Below, piece after piece: positions 1-12,404 of a stretch of 64,000 bases of DNA. Location: positions 48,236,001 to 48,300,000 of the forward strand of contig OX597829.1 of assembly GCA_951406725.2 (NCBI GenBank), in the 5' to 3' direction. Source of the stretch: Octopus vulgaris. Lineage: Eukaryota. Position 1 is the first letter of the stretch, and the number at the start of each line of letters is the position of its first letter. Both the position numbers and the translations under genes were made by a program. The notes beneath the pieces were generated by a model that saw nothing but the letters and a program-made list of their open reading frames with translations, did no database searches and was not told the DNA's origin.

Positions 1-1639
1 AAGGAGAGAGAAAAAGACAGAGAGAGAAAGAGAAAAAGAGAGAAGTGTCTATGATGTGAGGTAGAGGAACGTAATAATTGTGATGTTCTGATGGTAAGGT
101 TAAAGAAAGGCAGAGAGAGGGAGGGGAGAGAGAGAGAGAGAGATGAAGGTGGTGGTGGTGGTGGTGATTGAATAGTGAACAGTGTATTTTTTAAAAATTG
201 AACCAAGTTTTTCTACATCACCTATCACTTTAGACATGCACATAAGTGCATAAGTGCAATTCCGTGAAATATCCACGCATATTTACGTGGCAGATATGTG
301 CAATTCAACTAAAAGTTGTATCATAAATATGAGTTTTTTGTTTATGGAAAAAATGGAAAAATAAGAGTGAATATTTATTTTATGAGTGCTGTGTATTAAG
401 TCTGTAAAACTGTGCATAAAGTATAATAAAGTGTATATATAAAAATGCATTAAATTATCATCGTATTCCAGAGTAGCAGATGAGCCAGTATCTTTCCATA
501 CAGACACAACACAGGCTTCGCTTTCAGGCTTTTTGGACAAAGTTTTCAGAAATAACCCAAAAGCTTTACCATTAATTCTGTGAAATATTCACAGGTCTCC
601 CTAGTTCAGATTATTTTGTCAAATTTAATGCTTATTTTTTCATATAGTTTTGAATAAATCATGCATTATCTCAAAGCTTTGAGATTTTGATGATGTGATT
701 TCTGTATTAATCCTTTAGCTTTCAGATTCCCTTTGGTGGAATTGTTATCCATCTATTTGTGATTTGTTTAGTGTAGCCATCCTCTTTATCTTGTGCATAG
801 ATACACACTGCTGCATATTACAAAGTTGAAGGAAAATTTCTTAATCAGTGCCAGCCAAGCCTCCAAAAAATCAGACATAATTTGTTATGTCACTGTCGGA
901 GCTCAACGCCACCATGTGGACAATATTGAAGGAAGAAACACTCTAAAACTGAATAACTATTCATAGACTGTTCGAACATTTATTCTGTTCACATTTTACA
1001 ATATGCAGTAACAGAAACAAGTGTTACATGTTATTTATACGGTATACACCTTCTTCTGGATTTGTGACCTTATAATGAGTAGCTCAAACATTTCTTTTGT
1101 TCACTTAGGGCACTGTCATACCATACCTCTGAATGCTATATATTTCTATGCTGTCAAGCAAACCTTGATTTAATGCCATCATCATTTCCTCTTATAATAA
1201 ATTACAATGTTCTATTAAGCCTTCTGAACCTTGTGTTTTATTTGCATTACAAGGTGTTATAAAAAGTCAGTTGTTATTTTAGTACCTATTCACTAAAAAT
1301 TGATGACGCCAATGCTGACTGAACTCTCTGAAATATGATGCTTATTTATTCACATTTGAATTAATCATGCATTATCTCATAGCTTTGAAATTTTGATGAT
1401 GTGGATTAGTTAGCTGTGGAAAGACATTGCTGGGTAGGGCTGAAATTACTAAATACTTTAAACTGCCTGAATATCCCTGGGTCAGAGAAATATCTAAGTG
1501 CAGAAATTGCCAAGAGAGTCAGCTGTGCAAGGATTCCAAAGCTTTGGTGAGGCTCCATGTCATTTGCAGTTTTGATGGATGGTCATTGGACCACTTGTTG
1601 AAGTTCACCTGATTACGTATATTACGCCATGATAAACCG

Positions 1640-1822
1640 TTAGCGCCTACACACATTTTTTTCTCTCCTTGTTTCTTTTCTGTGTATCTTTCTGTCGAAG
1701 AGCGTAGGCTCGAAACGTAAAAGACTTTTTCTATTTTTATTCCTGAGCGCTATACTAATACATTTGTTTGTTTGTACTCCACCTGCCTTCGTCTTTTGTT
1801 TATTTTCGTAAACTTTCCCCAT
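1640..1822 (+). mobile_element. Penelope-like pLTR fragment carrying a hammerhead-like motif
   Basis: T-rich body containing the motif at 1687-1724; shares TTCCTGAGCG downstream of the motif with the 8503-8712 element. Confidence 0.55.
1687..1724 (+). ncRNA. Minimal type-I hammerhead-like motif (A6U, probably inactive)
   Basis: TCTTT-CTGTCGA-A-GAGC(GTAG)GCTC-GAAA-CG-TA-AAAGA: helix I TCTTT/AAAGA, helix II GAGC/GCTC, palindromic ACGT helix III, GUA site. Confidence 0.65.
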
Positions 1823-1960
1823 TAGGTATATTAGTCAGGTGTGATTATCATGAAAGGACACTTGTCTCTTTTGCGGAACCACAAAGTTACAGGGATGTAA
1901 ACAAACTAACACTGGTTGTCAAGTGGTGTAATGTAGAACAAACACAGAAACACACATACA

Positions 1961-2002
<42 letters not shown>

Positions 2003-2014
2003 TGAATATATGAT

Positions 2015-2400
2015 GTCGAGCCTAGTGAAATCATAGTCGTGGCCGATACCAGTGCCGTCTAACTGGCACCCAAGCCAGTGGCATGTAAAAGGCATTGTTG
2101 GGCTTCATGGAGGCAGTGACAAGTGACCAAGACCTTTGTCGATATACTGTACTAGTGTAGACTTGTCAAGCCAAGTGAGACCATAGTTATGGCTAATGTC
2201 AGATCATTGGCACCTGTGCCAGTGGCATGTAAAAAATACCCTCTACACTCTTGGAGTGGTTGGTTTTAAGAAGGGCATCCAGCTGTAGAAACTCTGCCAG
2301 GTCAGATTGGATCCTGGTGCAGCACCCTGGCTCACCAGTTTTTCTGTCAAACTGTCCAACCTCTGCCCGTGTGGAAAGCAGACATTAAATGATGATGATG
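2015..2400 (+). mobile_element. SINE family E (RTE-like 3' end, (GAT)n tail), nested in a family A SINE
   Basis: GGAGTGGTTGG..AAGGGCATCCAGCTGTAGAAAC..GGAAAGC..(GAT)n, also seen at 9128, 24110, 27640, 52048, 57977, 63600. Confidence 0.75.
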
Positions 2401-2562
2401 GTGGGCTTCCTTCAGTTTCCATCCACCAAATCAACTCACAAAATTTTGGTCAGTATCCTTACACAAGGTGTGATGCAGAGAAATGGAACACAGAACCACA
2501 TGTTTGGGAAGCTAACTTCTTCCTACACAGCCATGCCTGTACCTATAAAATTCTGAGGCATG

Positions 2563-2642
<80 letters not shown>

Positions 2643-2643
<1 letters not shown>

Positions 2644-3325
2644 TATACAATATGTTACATTACTCGGTAGTCAAGATAAAACTCTGAGTTTCAGATGCCG
2701 AAGTGGAAATCCACAACACCATCTCTTCGGTTATCTGGCTATTTGAAAACGTTATGAAAAAATACCGTTAAAAATGAAGGGAAATTACTCTGTTATAACT
2801 CTGCTTTGCCTGCGTACTTATACATCGCTCGCATTTTTCGTCATAAAAATTATATAAAAATACATAAAAAATATATAAAAATATATAAAAATATATAAAA
2901 AGATTTTATAGATTTTATATATTTTTATATATTTTTATATTTTTATATTTTTATATATTTATATATTTATATTTTTATATTTTTATATTTTTATATTTTT
3001 ATATTTTTATATTTTTATATATTTTTATATATTTTTTATGTATTTTTATATAATTTTTATGACGAAAAATGCGAGCGATGTATAAGTACGCAGGCAAAGC
3101 AGAGTTATAACAGAGTAATTTCCCTTCATTTTTAACGGTATTTTTTCATAACGTTTTCAAATAGCCAGATAACCGAAGAGATGGTGTTGTGGATTTCCAC
3201 TTCGGCATCTGAAACTCAGAGTTTTATCTTGACTACCGAGTAATGTAACATATTGTATAGATAAATTTCCTCTATTTACATAATATTGAGGTCTCTTTCT
3301 TTCTTTTGTTATCTTACCGTTTTAT

Positions 3326-3328
<3 letters not shown>
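2643..3328. mobile_element. Fold-back element between (TA)n tracts: ~250-bp inverted arms plus 68-nt tail; Penelope-like
   Basis: 2643-~2895 is the reverse complement of ~3008-3260; low-complexity TTTTTATATA spacer; unpaired tail 3261-3328. Confidence 0.8.
3167..3229 (+). ncRNA. Hammerhead-like motif (U4C variant, extended helix II); mirror copy at 2674-2736 (-)
   Basis: AGATAA-CCGAAGA-GATG..GTGGA(TT)TCCAC..CATC-T-GAAA-CTCAGAG-TT-TTATCT; helix I AGATAA/TTATCT. Confidence 0.55.
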
Positions 3329-3367
<39 letters not shown>

Positions 3368-3395
3368 ATGCATATCTATCTATCTATCTATCTAT

Positions 3396-3453
<58 letters not shown>

Positions 3454-3458
<5 letters not shown>

Positions 3459-3652
3459 TCCCGGGTTGATTCGGGGTTAACCACAGTAAGTAAGGTACTC
3501 AATACATAGCAGAGTAAAATTAATTTATTATATAGAAGGAGCTTCTACAGGACTAGTACTGTTTCATTCAAGAAATCTTCAGGAAGCACATATAGCTTCC
3601 TGAAGATTTCTCTGAATGAAACAGTACTAGTCTGTAAACTCCTTCTATATAA

Positions 3653-3657
<5 letters not shown>
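3454..3657. mobile_element. Small fold-back element in (TA)n with CTGAAGA...GAAAC core in each arm
   Basis: Arms 3523-3587 and 3595-3657, 7-nt loop, 69-nt tail 3454-3522; CTGAAGA at 3600-3606, GAAAC at 3618-3622. Confidence 0.65.
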
Positions 3658-3689
<32 letters not shown>

Positions 3690-4329
3690 ATATATATGTA
3701 TATATATAAAACCTTTATCTATATAACCTGCTAATGCATATGTATTGTTGAAAAGCCGGAAGCTGCAGTTTTAGTCGTGTTTATACTGCAATTTTTACCT
3801 ATCAGTTTTGTTGTTTTTTTTTTTTACTTTGGAAATTAAAAGATAGAATATCTTAATGGAAAAATGTTAATTTAAAATTAATTTAAAAATAATATCCATA
3901 TAAAATCTTTATTTGTATAACATACTTAATGCAATACATATTGTTAAAAAGCCGGAAGCTGCAGTTTTCCTCTGAATAGAAACTGCTTTATAGATATATC
4001 ATGTTAAAGATCCACAATATATCTTACAATATGGAAGAAATTTGAAGCTTCTAGGTTTTCAGTGATGCAAATGTGTTATATATATTATAAAGATAAAGAT
4101 TTTACTCTAGAGCTGCATCTAATGCATAGTTTGTGAGTGTGGAAGTGTCTGTATATATATATTTGAAGAAAATATTTTCTTAAATTGAAAATTTTACAAG
4201 GAAAAAATATAAAGACAGAAGGTACCAATGTTTTGAAAGGGTCTTTCTGTATTGTGTAAGAGATTTTACTCTTTATAACTTTTCAAACACGTATGTTATG
4301 GAGTTATTTGTATAGAGAAATTTTATATA

Positions 4330-4726
4330 TCTTTATATATAAAAGTAAGGTTGTGTGTCTGTCTCCTACGATTTAGATTCCTAACTACTCCCACATTTTG
4401 CGGTGCGGTTTAATCAAAACCGGGTATCTTATAGTCGTGATTCATATCGAGCCCTTCTGTGTATTAGCGCGCGTCTACAATGAGTCTACGATTTAAAAAA
4501 AAATTTACCATCATTTTTTTCCATTTTAATGCATTTTTCGCTATTATATAAGGGAAGTAATTCTCTAAAAATGTCTATGATGAGTCAACGATTTAAAAAA
4601 AAAATTTACCATCATTTATTTCCATTTTTAATGCATGTTTTTGCTATTTTTTGGCTATAACTCTCTAAAAATGCTTATATAGTTATTTCCCTTACAAACC
4701 CGAGCAACGCCGGGCGATACTGCTAG
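4330..4726 (+). mobile_element. Non-autonomous Helitron (family 1)
   Basis: A|TC 5' end, subterminal hairpin CCCGAGCAACGCCGGG, CTAG|T 3' end, no TSD; near-identical copy at 35505-35906. Confidence 0.85.
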
Positions 4727-4758
<32 letters not shown>

Positions 4759-4791
4759 TAAATCTGTCTGTCTGTCTATCTATCATGTATA

Positions 4792-4834
<43 letters not shown>

Positions 4835-4995
4835 TATCGCCATACTAATATGGCATTCTTATAAAAATAAGAATAAAGCTGTCCGCTTATTAGCTCCATG
4901 AGGCCATCGCCTTAAGTTAGCTATTTGATACACAAACTGTATCCATATAACCTTCGAACAAGGGAGGTCAGTCGCTCCACACTACTTGATCGACA

Positions 4996-5037
4996 GCTAC
5001 AGACGCGTTTCGGGGTATTGCCCCTTGTCAATGTAGC
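4996..5037 (-). ncRNA. Intact minimal type-I hammerhead ribozyme, U3:A8 variant
   Basis: Minus strand GCTACA-TTGACAA-GGGG(CAATA)CCCC-GAAA-CGCG-TC-TGTAGC: 6-bp helix I, 4-bp helix II, palindromic ACGCGT, GUC site. Confidence 0.8.
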
Positions 5038-5079
5038 GTAGTCAGACCAGTAGGAAGCGACACCTACTGGTCTGACTAC

Positions 5080-5121
5080 GCTACATTGACAAGGGGCAAT
5101 ACCCCGGAACGCGTCTGTAGC
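5080..5121 (+). ncRNA. Mirror hammerhead copy with GAAA>GGAA core mutation
   Basis: GCTACA-TTGACAA-GGGG(CAATA)CCCC-GGAA-CGCG-TC-TGTAGC. Confidence 0.7.
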
Positions 5122-5283
5122 TGTCGATCAAGTAGTGTGGAGCGACTGACCTCCCTTGTTCGAAGGTTATATGGATACAGTTGTGTATCAAATAGCTAAC
5201 TTAAGGCGATGGCCTCATGGAGCTAATAAGCGGACAGCTTTATTCTTATTTTTATAAGAATGCCATATTAGTATGGCGATAAC

Positions 5284-5332
<49 letters not shown>

Positions 5333-5647
5333 TGTATATATATATATATAATTAAATTACACCATCTAGAAAATTACATATAATAGAAATATTAAAATTA
5401 AAATAACAATAAAATGTCAATGATTAGTAAATTGCAAAAAAATAATAAAAACGTATATAATTGGTAGAATAAAGACACGTGTTTCGTGGCTATATTTAAG
5501 AAATGATTATAGTAGTAGTAAAATCACTTCGATATAAATATATATATAGCTACTCATGGGAAGGGTTGAATGGTAGGGTATAGTTGGCTGTGAATAAATT
5601 TGGCGTCAGTTGGCAGTTTGTTGTAGTTTGGGTTTTGGTAGTGATGG

Positions 5648-5691
<44 letters not shown>

Positions 5692-5695
<4 letters not shown>

Positions 5696-6028
5696 GGTGC
5701 ATGGCTCAGTGGTTAGAGTGTCAGGCTTACGATCGTGAGGTTGTGAGCTCGAATCCCGGACTGGGCTGCGTGTTGTGTTCTTGAGCAAGACACTTTATTT
5801 CATGTTGCTCCAGTTCACTCAGGTGTAGAAATGAGTTGCGATGTCACAGGTGCCAAGTTGTATCACCCTTTGCCTTTCCCTTGGATAACACTGGTGGCGT
5901 GGAGAGGGGAGGCCGGTATGCATAGGTAACTGCTGGTCTTCCATAAACAACCTTGCCCAGACTTGTGCCTGGGAGGGTAAGTTTCTAGGTTCAATCCCAT
6001 CATCAGTGTCGTGACCAAAGGGGGTCTC
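5692..6028 (+). mobile_element. tRNA-derived SINE family D
   Basis: A box TGGCTCAGTGG, B box-like GCTCGAATCC; second copy at 25406-25690. Confidence 0.8.
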
Positions 6029-6029
6029 A

Positions 6030-6085
<56 letters not shown>

Positions 6086-6249
6086 TATAGTGGGGGTAGG
6101 CTGGTTTATGGGGTTACCCTGGGTTTCTCCCTCATAAGAGGTTTAGCCTTACGGGATACCTTCAGACCCTAAACACTGTTCTCCCGAAGCCTCTAAGAGC
6201 CCCAACCATGGTTGCAATGCATAAAAGAAGTGCTTCTCATGGTGTAATG

Positions 6250-6500
6250 TATAAACACTCTACATTGTCCATAAAAGAAAAAGAGTCAAACTGTTGAAAA
6301 ACTTTAGCAGCGGTGTGTCTGTGAAAAGATTGTGTATCTGTGAATTATACAATGCTGGATCTTCAACAGTTTACAACATGAAAATAAACAGAAAGACCAG
6401 TTCATTTCTTTGTTGTTAGTCAAAGAAACAATAGATTATTGATGCTCCAGCAAAATAACTAATCCGGCACTCTCCAGGTCCTGATGATGCTGGATAATCA
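6250..6500 (+). pseudogene. pogo/Tigger-like transposase N-terminal HTH remnant
   Basis: Frameshifted reading HSTLSIKEK..KLLKNFSSGVSVKRLC..LYNAGSSTVYNMK resembles a CENP-B/psq HTH. Confidence 0.4.
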
Positions 6501-6526
6501 ACATTTAACTAGTATTAGCATTTAAA

Positions 6527-6805
6527 GGAGGCGCAATGGCCCAGTGGTTAGGGCAGCGGACTCGTGGTTGGAGGATGTTGAGTGTGTTTATTGAGCGAAA
6601 ACACCTAAAGCTCCATGAGGCTCCAGCAGGGGGGGAGTGGCGGCCCCAGTTGTACTCTTTTACCCCAACTTTCTCTCACTCTCTCTTCCTGTTTCTTGAG
6701 TAACTCTGCAATGGACCGGCATCCCATCCAGCTGGGAGGGAACACATACGCCACAGAAACCGGGAAACCGGGCCCATGAGCCTGGCTAGACTTGAAAAGG
6801 GCGCA
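6527..6805 (+). mobile_element. tRNA-derived SINE family C (variant 3' end)
   Basis: GGAGGCGCAATGGCCCAGTGGTTAGGGCAGCGGACTC head as at 16318 and 11837. Confidence 0.75.
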
Positions 6806-6814
6806 TAAAAAAAT

Positions 6815-7032
6815 TTAAAAAATTAGCATTTAAACTGGCTATATCCAGCCCAAATATTCTCCACTTTTTATGTTTAAACTGACCAAATTCAGTCTCTCAC
6901 ACCAACCCTACAATGTCATTCTAAAAGCAAGCAATCACATCATTGAAATGAGATAATGCATGATTGAATTCAAAGCAATGTGAATAAATATGTGTTACAT
7001 TTGAGAGAGTAATCTGAATGCTAAAGGGTTAA
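6815..7032 (-). mobile_element. piggyBac-like MITE, same family as the 14381-16877 cluster
   Basis: Ends GCTAAAGGG|TTAA; body matches the cluster in reverse. Confidence 0.65.
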
Positions 7033-8114
7033 TGTTAGAACTGGGATTCTTCCATTTCATCAGTTTGGACTAGTATTCTCCTTTATCAATCCCAAGAGGT
7101 CAAAATGCAAGTCAACTATGGACAGTTTTGAACTCAGAGCTCAAAAAAACTAGGACAAGTACCATAGAAAAATTTTGTCCTCTGCAGTAATAACTCTGCA
7201 AATTTGATGTCTGGAGCTTGCTGAAAAAAAAGAAAAGAATTTGAAACCTGAGATGTCCATTTCGTGATTTTTTTCAGTATTTTTACTTCATTGTATAAGC
7301 ATTCTGTGGGTGTGGTCTGTGTGTACCCTAAGATGATATAAATCATTCTATTTTGTGTCCATCATAGTTTATTGTGGTTTGTTGCTGAGAAATTGGGAAT
7401 CCAGACAGAAAAGGCATATTTCATATATTGTTTGTCGACTAATTAATCTTGTTGATATAACTATAATTTATGGCTTATTAACCTCATTTTTTAGAGGATT
7501 AATTTTATTTTTCCATTTAATATTTACACATATATTCTTTTTGAAAATATTTATTTCAAATAAAATAAAAAAAAAAAAGAAAAGAGAAGAGAAGAATGTT
7601 TCCATCTACAAAAAATGAGGTTAATAGCCTAATAATTTATAATGTTTTTAACATAGGTACAAGGTTAGAAATTGGGACGGTAGTGGGTGGGTAGGTGGGT
7701 GGGACTTTAGTCTGTGAAATCCACTCCATTATTTGACTGGCACTTAATTTACTGCCCCTGAAAGGATGAAAGGTAAATTTGATTTAGGTGAGATTTGAAA
7801 CATAGAACATAAATAATCGTTATTTTCTCTTGTTTGAGTCCAAAGACTTTTAGGGTCAGTTACCTGGTTTCCACAGTATGTAAGTGATTGAGATCAAAAC
7901 ATTTCCCCCTGGATGGGACACTAGTCCATTGTGGGGTTACTGCATTTACAGCCCAGTGAACTGCAGCAAGGTGAAATGAAGTGTTTTGCTCAAGGGCACA
8001 ACACACTGTCTGATCTGAGAATTGAGACCACAATCCTGTAATTATGTGTGCAACACCCTAACCACCAGGCCATTTGCCTTCACATAGTACATGTATATAT
8101 ATATATATATATAT

Positions 8115-8320
8115 ATTCTTTTATTTGTTTCAGTCATTTGACTATGGTCATGCTGGAGCACCACCTTTGGTCGAACAAATCGACTCCATGGCTTATTCTT
8201 TGTAAGCCTAGTACTTATTCTATCAATCTATTTTGCTGAACTGCTAAGTTGCGGGAGATGTAAACACCAACATCGATTGTCAAACAATGGTGGTGGAGGG
8301 ACAAACACAGACACACAAAT

Positions 8321-8354
<34 letters not shown>

Positions 8355-8490
8355 GACAGGCTTCTTTCAGTTTCTGTCTACCAAATCCACTCACAAGGCT
8401 TTGGTTGGCCTGAGGCCATAGAAGAAGACACTTGCTCAAGGTGTCACACAGTGGGACTAAACCTGGATCCACACAGCCATGCCTGCGCCT
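8115..8490 (-). mobile_element. SINE family A (tRNA-like head, internal (TG)n)
   Basis: Matches copies at 19639, 26676, 36370, 58370, 62660. Confidence 0.8.
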
Positions 8491-8502
8491 ATATATATAT
8501 AT

Positions 8503-8712
8503 AAAGTTAATCCAAACATGAAAACACAAAGAGAAAATACAACAACGTGAGGACGTGGAACAAATATAGTATTATTGGACGCTCAGGAAGGAAGGGAAGA
8601 AGGAGGGTTTAACGTTTAGAGCAGAGCTCTTCATCAGAAACACAGGAAAAGGAAAAATCCAGAGAAGGGAAGACAGAGGAAAAAAAATCGCCAATGGTAC
8701 ACACGCGGTCAC
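8503..8712 (-). mobile_element. Penelope-like pLTR fragment in (TA)n with hammerhead-like motif at 8607-8641 (G12U)
   Basis: Minus strand GTTT-CTGATGA-A-GAGC(TCT)GCTC-TAAA-CG-TT-AAAC; same layout as the 1687 motif. Confidence 0.65.
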
Positions 8713-9127
8713 ATATATATATATATAAGTTGAAATAAAGGTTACAAACCTTATGAAGGGATAGAAAAATCCTATGAAAGTATTTAAACACTTATTATTA
8801 CTTTTATTAGCATATATTTACTTCCTTTTAATTCTTATTAATTAATTAATTTATTTATGTTAAATACTATATCTCTTTACATAAGCCTCTTAACATAATT
8901 TACATCCGTCATCTCATCAAGGGATTGCTGCATTTCTGAAATTTAAAAATTTTTGTCCACTAGTTCCTTATCTTTATTAGTCTAGCTCAATAATAAATTC
9001 TTTTTAAAGGGTGAAAGGCTATATTTTGTCAGTCTTTATACATTTATTTATTTTTACTCTATCTATTTTATATTATTTTATTCTTGATTTTAATGAAAAA
9101 TTTTTATGTACTCTACCATTAAGTTAA

Positions 9128-9647
9128 TCATCATCATCATTGTTTAATGTCCGCTTTCCATGCTAGCATGGGTTGGATGATTTGACTGAGGGCTGGTGAA
9201 CCAGATGTCTGCACCTGGCTTCAATCTTGATCTGGCAAAGTTTCTACAGCTGGATGCTCTTTCTAACACCAACCACTCCGAGAGTGTAGTGGGTGCTTTT
9301 ACATGCCTCTGGCACAAGGGCCAGTCAGACAGTACTGGCAATGACCTCGCTCGAATCTTTTTACACATGCCACCGGCACAGGTGCCAGTAAGGTGATGCT
9401 GGTAACGATCACGCTCGAATGGTGCCTCTTATGTACCACCAGCACGGAGGCCAGTTAGCCGCTCTGGCAATGATCATGCTTGGATGGTGCTCTTAGCACC
9501 CTACTAGCACAGGGCTCAAGTGCCAGTAAGGCGACACTGGTAACGATCACACTCGAATGGTGCCTTTTATGTGCCACTGGCACAGAAGCCGATTAGCCGT
9601 TCTGTCAATGACCACATCCATATGGTGCTCTTTGCACCCCGCTAGCA
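9128..9647 (-). mobile_element. SINE family E with internal ~55-60 bp tandem subrepeats
   Basis: (CAT)n tail; recurring GGCA..GGCCAGT..CTGGCAAT/CGATCACGCTCGAATGGTGC units. Confidence 0.75.
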
Positions 9648-10261
9648 TTTTATAAGTCTTTTAACCCTTTTGATATTTACAATAAGTAACAGATTACCTG
9701 AAATGACTTCCACCTTAATTAAATATTAATAATAACTATACATACTTTACATACTAATTTTCTATTGCTTTAATATGGATGGACATAATATCACAATATA
9801 TGACATTTATACCAATATATCTACTTGAGCTTTTCTTTTACTAAACACTCTAGAAGAATATATTAATCTATTCTTACTTTACAACTACAATATACACTAC
9901 CTTGCTCCCCTTTCTAAGGTCTATACTATGTTTTATATTATGTTCTTTATGCATAAATTTTATCAGTTAATGGTTTGCAGCCGTTTACTCAACATGCAGG
10001 AATTGAACACCCATTTTGCATATCTTAAACTACCTCTAATGAGATTTGACTTTCAAATAATTTTAAATTTTATTAATTAATTTTCTGAAGGTCTTGAATT
10101 GAAACAACTATAAGGGATGTTCGTCAATTTTTTAATCAATAAATAATTAGTCATTAATTATCTCTCTATTTTCTTATCTTATTATATATATATATATATA
10201 TAATATTTTGTGAAATTTGATTTAGTATTTCTAAATTGAAGTTTTCCCTGTAAGTTTGGAA

Positions 10262-10285
10262 TTATATTCCTTATTATTATTATTG

Positions 10286-10382
<97 letters not shown>

Positions 10383-10394
10383 CATTATTATTAT

Positions 10395-10443
<49 letters not shown>

Positions 10444-10944
10444 TTCTTTATCTTGTAAGTTACTAGCTGACCCTGCTGGTACTGATTACTGAGTAAAAAC
10501 CATGCTAAAACTGACCTCATCTGTGCTGATGCCACATAAAAAGCACTCAGTTCAATCTACAGGGTGATTGGTCTTAGAAAGGGCATCCAGCTATAAAAAA
10601 AGACCAAAAAAAACTCAGTAGCCTGATGTAAACTTCTACCTGGCCAGCTCCTGTCAAAGTGTCCAACACATGCCAGTATGGAAGACAGTCATTAAATGAT
10701 GCTGCTGCAGCTGCTGCTGCTGATGATGATGACGATGATGTTGATAATGATGATGATAATGATGACAATGATGTTGATGGTGATGATATTGATGATGAAG
10801 ATGATGTTAATGTTGATGATGACAATGATGATGTTGATGATGATGACGATAATGATGATGGTAGTGATGATGATGATAATGATATTGATGATGATGTTGA
10901 TGATGATAATGATGACAATGATGTTGATGGTGGTGATGATGACA

Positions 10945-10976
<32 letters not shown>

Positions 10977-10995
10977 AATCATGATGATGATGATA
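10262..10995. repeat. (TTA)n, (TA)n and degenerate (GAT)n tracts around a family E SINE remnant
   Basis: Direct reading; these produce the poly-I/N/D/M/H ORFs. Confidence 0.9.
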
Positions 10996-11453
10996 TATAT
11001 AAAACTTAGCACTGTTTTGAGTAATCAGAGTCACAGGACTGTTGCCATGCTTTCTATGGCTTATAAGTGACCAACATCACAACATTCCCCCTGAACAGAA
11101 AGAACATGGGTCTGTCGCAGGCCAGCAACATTGAGAGAAGGGGGGAAATGTGTCAATTACATCAACTCCAATGCATGACTGGTACTTTATTTCATAAACT
11201 CTTAATTGATGAAGAGCTAAATTAACCTCAATGAAATTTGGACTCAGAACATAAAAAGACAGAAGAAACCCTACTTAATATTTTGTCTGACATGCTAACG
11301 ATTCTGACACGCTGATGATTTCAGACCATAAAAGGTTGGAAAAAAAATATTTCAAGGAATTTCTTCTGTCACTCAAACAATTCTGAGAACCCTAGTCTAA
11401 TACGTAAATTATGTTTCTAATAACCACTCAACTTGGCTATTTAAACACTTTTT

Positions 11454-11837
11454 GGAAGCACTCCGTCGGTTACGACGATAAGGGTTCCGGTTGATCTGAA
11501 TCAACGGAACAGCCTGCTCGTGAAATTAACGTGTAAGTGGCTGAGCATTCCACAGACACGTGTACCCTTAACGTAGTTCTCGGGGATATTCAGCGTGACA
11601 CAGAGAGTGACAAGGCAGGCCCTTTGAAATACAGGTACAACAGAAACAGGAAGTAAGAGTGAGAGAAAGTTGTGGTGAAAGAGTACAGCAGGGATCACCA
11701 CCATCCCCTGCCAGAGCCTCGTGGAGCTTTTAGGTGTTTTCGCTCAATAAACGCTCACAACACCCGGTCTGGGAATTGAAACCGCAATCCTATGACCGCG
11801 AGTCCGCTGCCCTAACCACTGGGCCATTGCGCCTCCA
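11454..11837 (-). mobile_element. SINE family C, full length with TSD
   Basis: 13-bp TSD TTAAACACTTTTT at 11441-11453 and 11839-11851; matches 16318-16698. Confidence 0.85.
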
Positions 11838-12184
11838 CTTAAACACTTTTTATTTAACCAATGTTGCTGTTTCTTTTTGATGGCAAAATGTGGAACTCCA
11901 CCTTCTGTGATTGCTGAAAAGTATGCAGGTTTAGGGGTATGAATAGGTAAAGGTCCTGTAAGTAAGTCGAGTAAGGTTATGAAGTGAGTAAGAGGCAAAC
12001 AAATAATATACAGTTCCACGAGTGTTATCTGATTTCTGTCAATCACTAATATGTGTCCTATAGGGGAAATGATAGGACATTTTTTTCTGCTGGAAGGGAC
12101 CCTAATCTTTGGTAAGTGAACATTTTCTGTTGGCTCAATTAAATAAATTTGCATTCACTAACTGGCAAAATATTTGTTAATTCC

Positions 12185-12191
12185 ACATACA

Positions 12192-12243
<52 letters not shown>

Positions 12244-12355
12244 AACATGCATACTCACACACATGCACAAACACATGCATAGCCACACATACACACATAT
12301 CCAAACATACTTGCCCTCACGCCTGTTTACATACATATTTAGATATACTGCTGTG

Positions 12356-12404
<49 letters not shown>

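Larger units (their letters stand above)
4830..5286. mobile_element. Near-perfect 457-bp palindrome in (TA)n; inverted Penelope-like pLTR pair
   Basis: Arms 4830-5054 and 5063-5286, loop AAGCGACA; I see only one 1-nt indel and one substitution between arms. Confidence 0.9.

Noticed and set aside
283-585. Short ORFs on both strands near the window start
   Set aside because: No recognisable homology and no convincing pair of splice sites
8727-10180. Possible decayed Penelope ORF with CTGAAGG..GAAAC near 10085
   Set aside because: No RT or GIY-YIG motif could be read and the core is not paired
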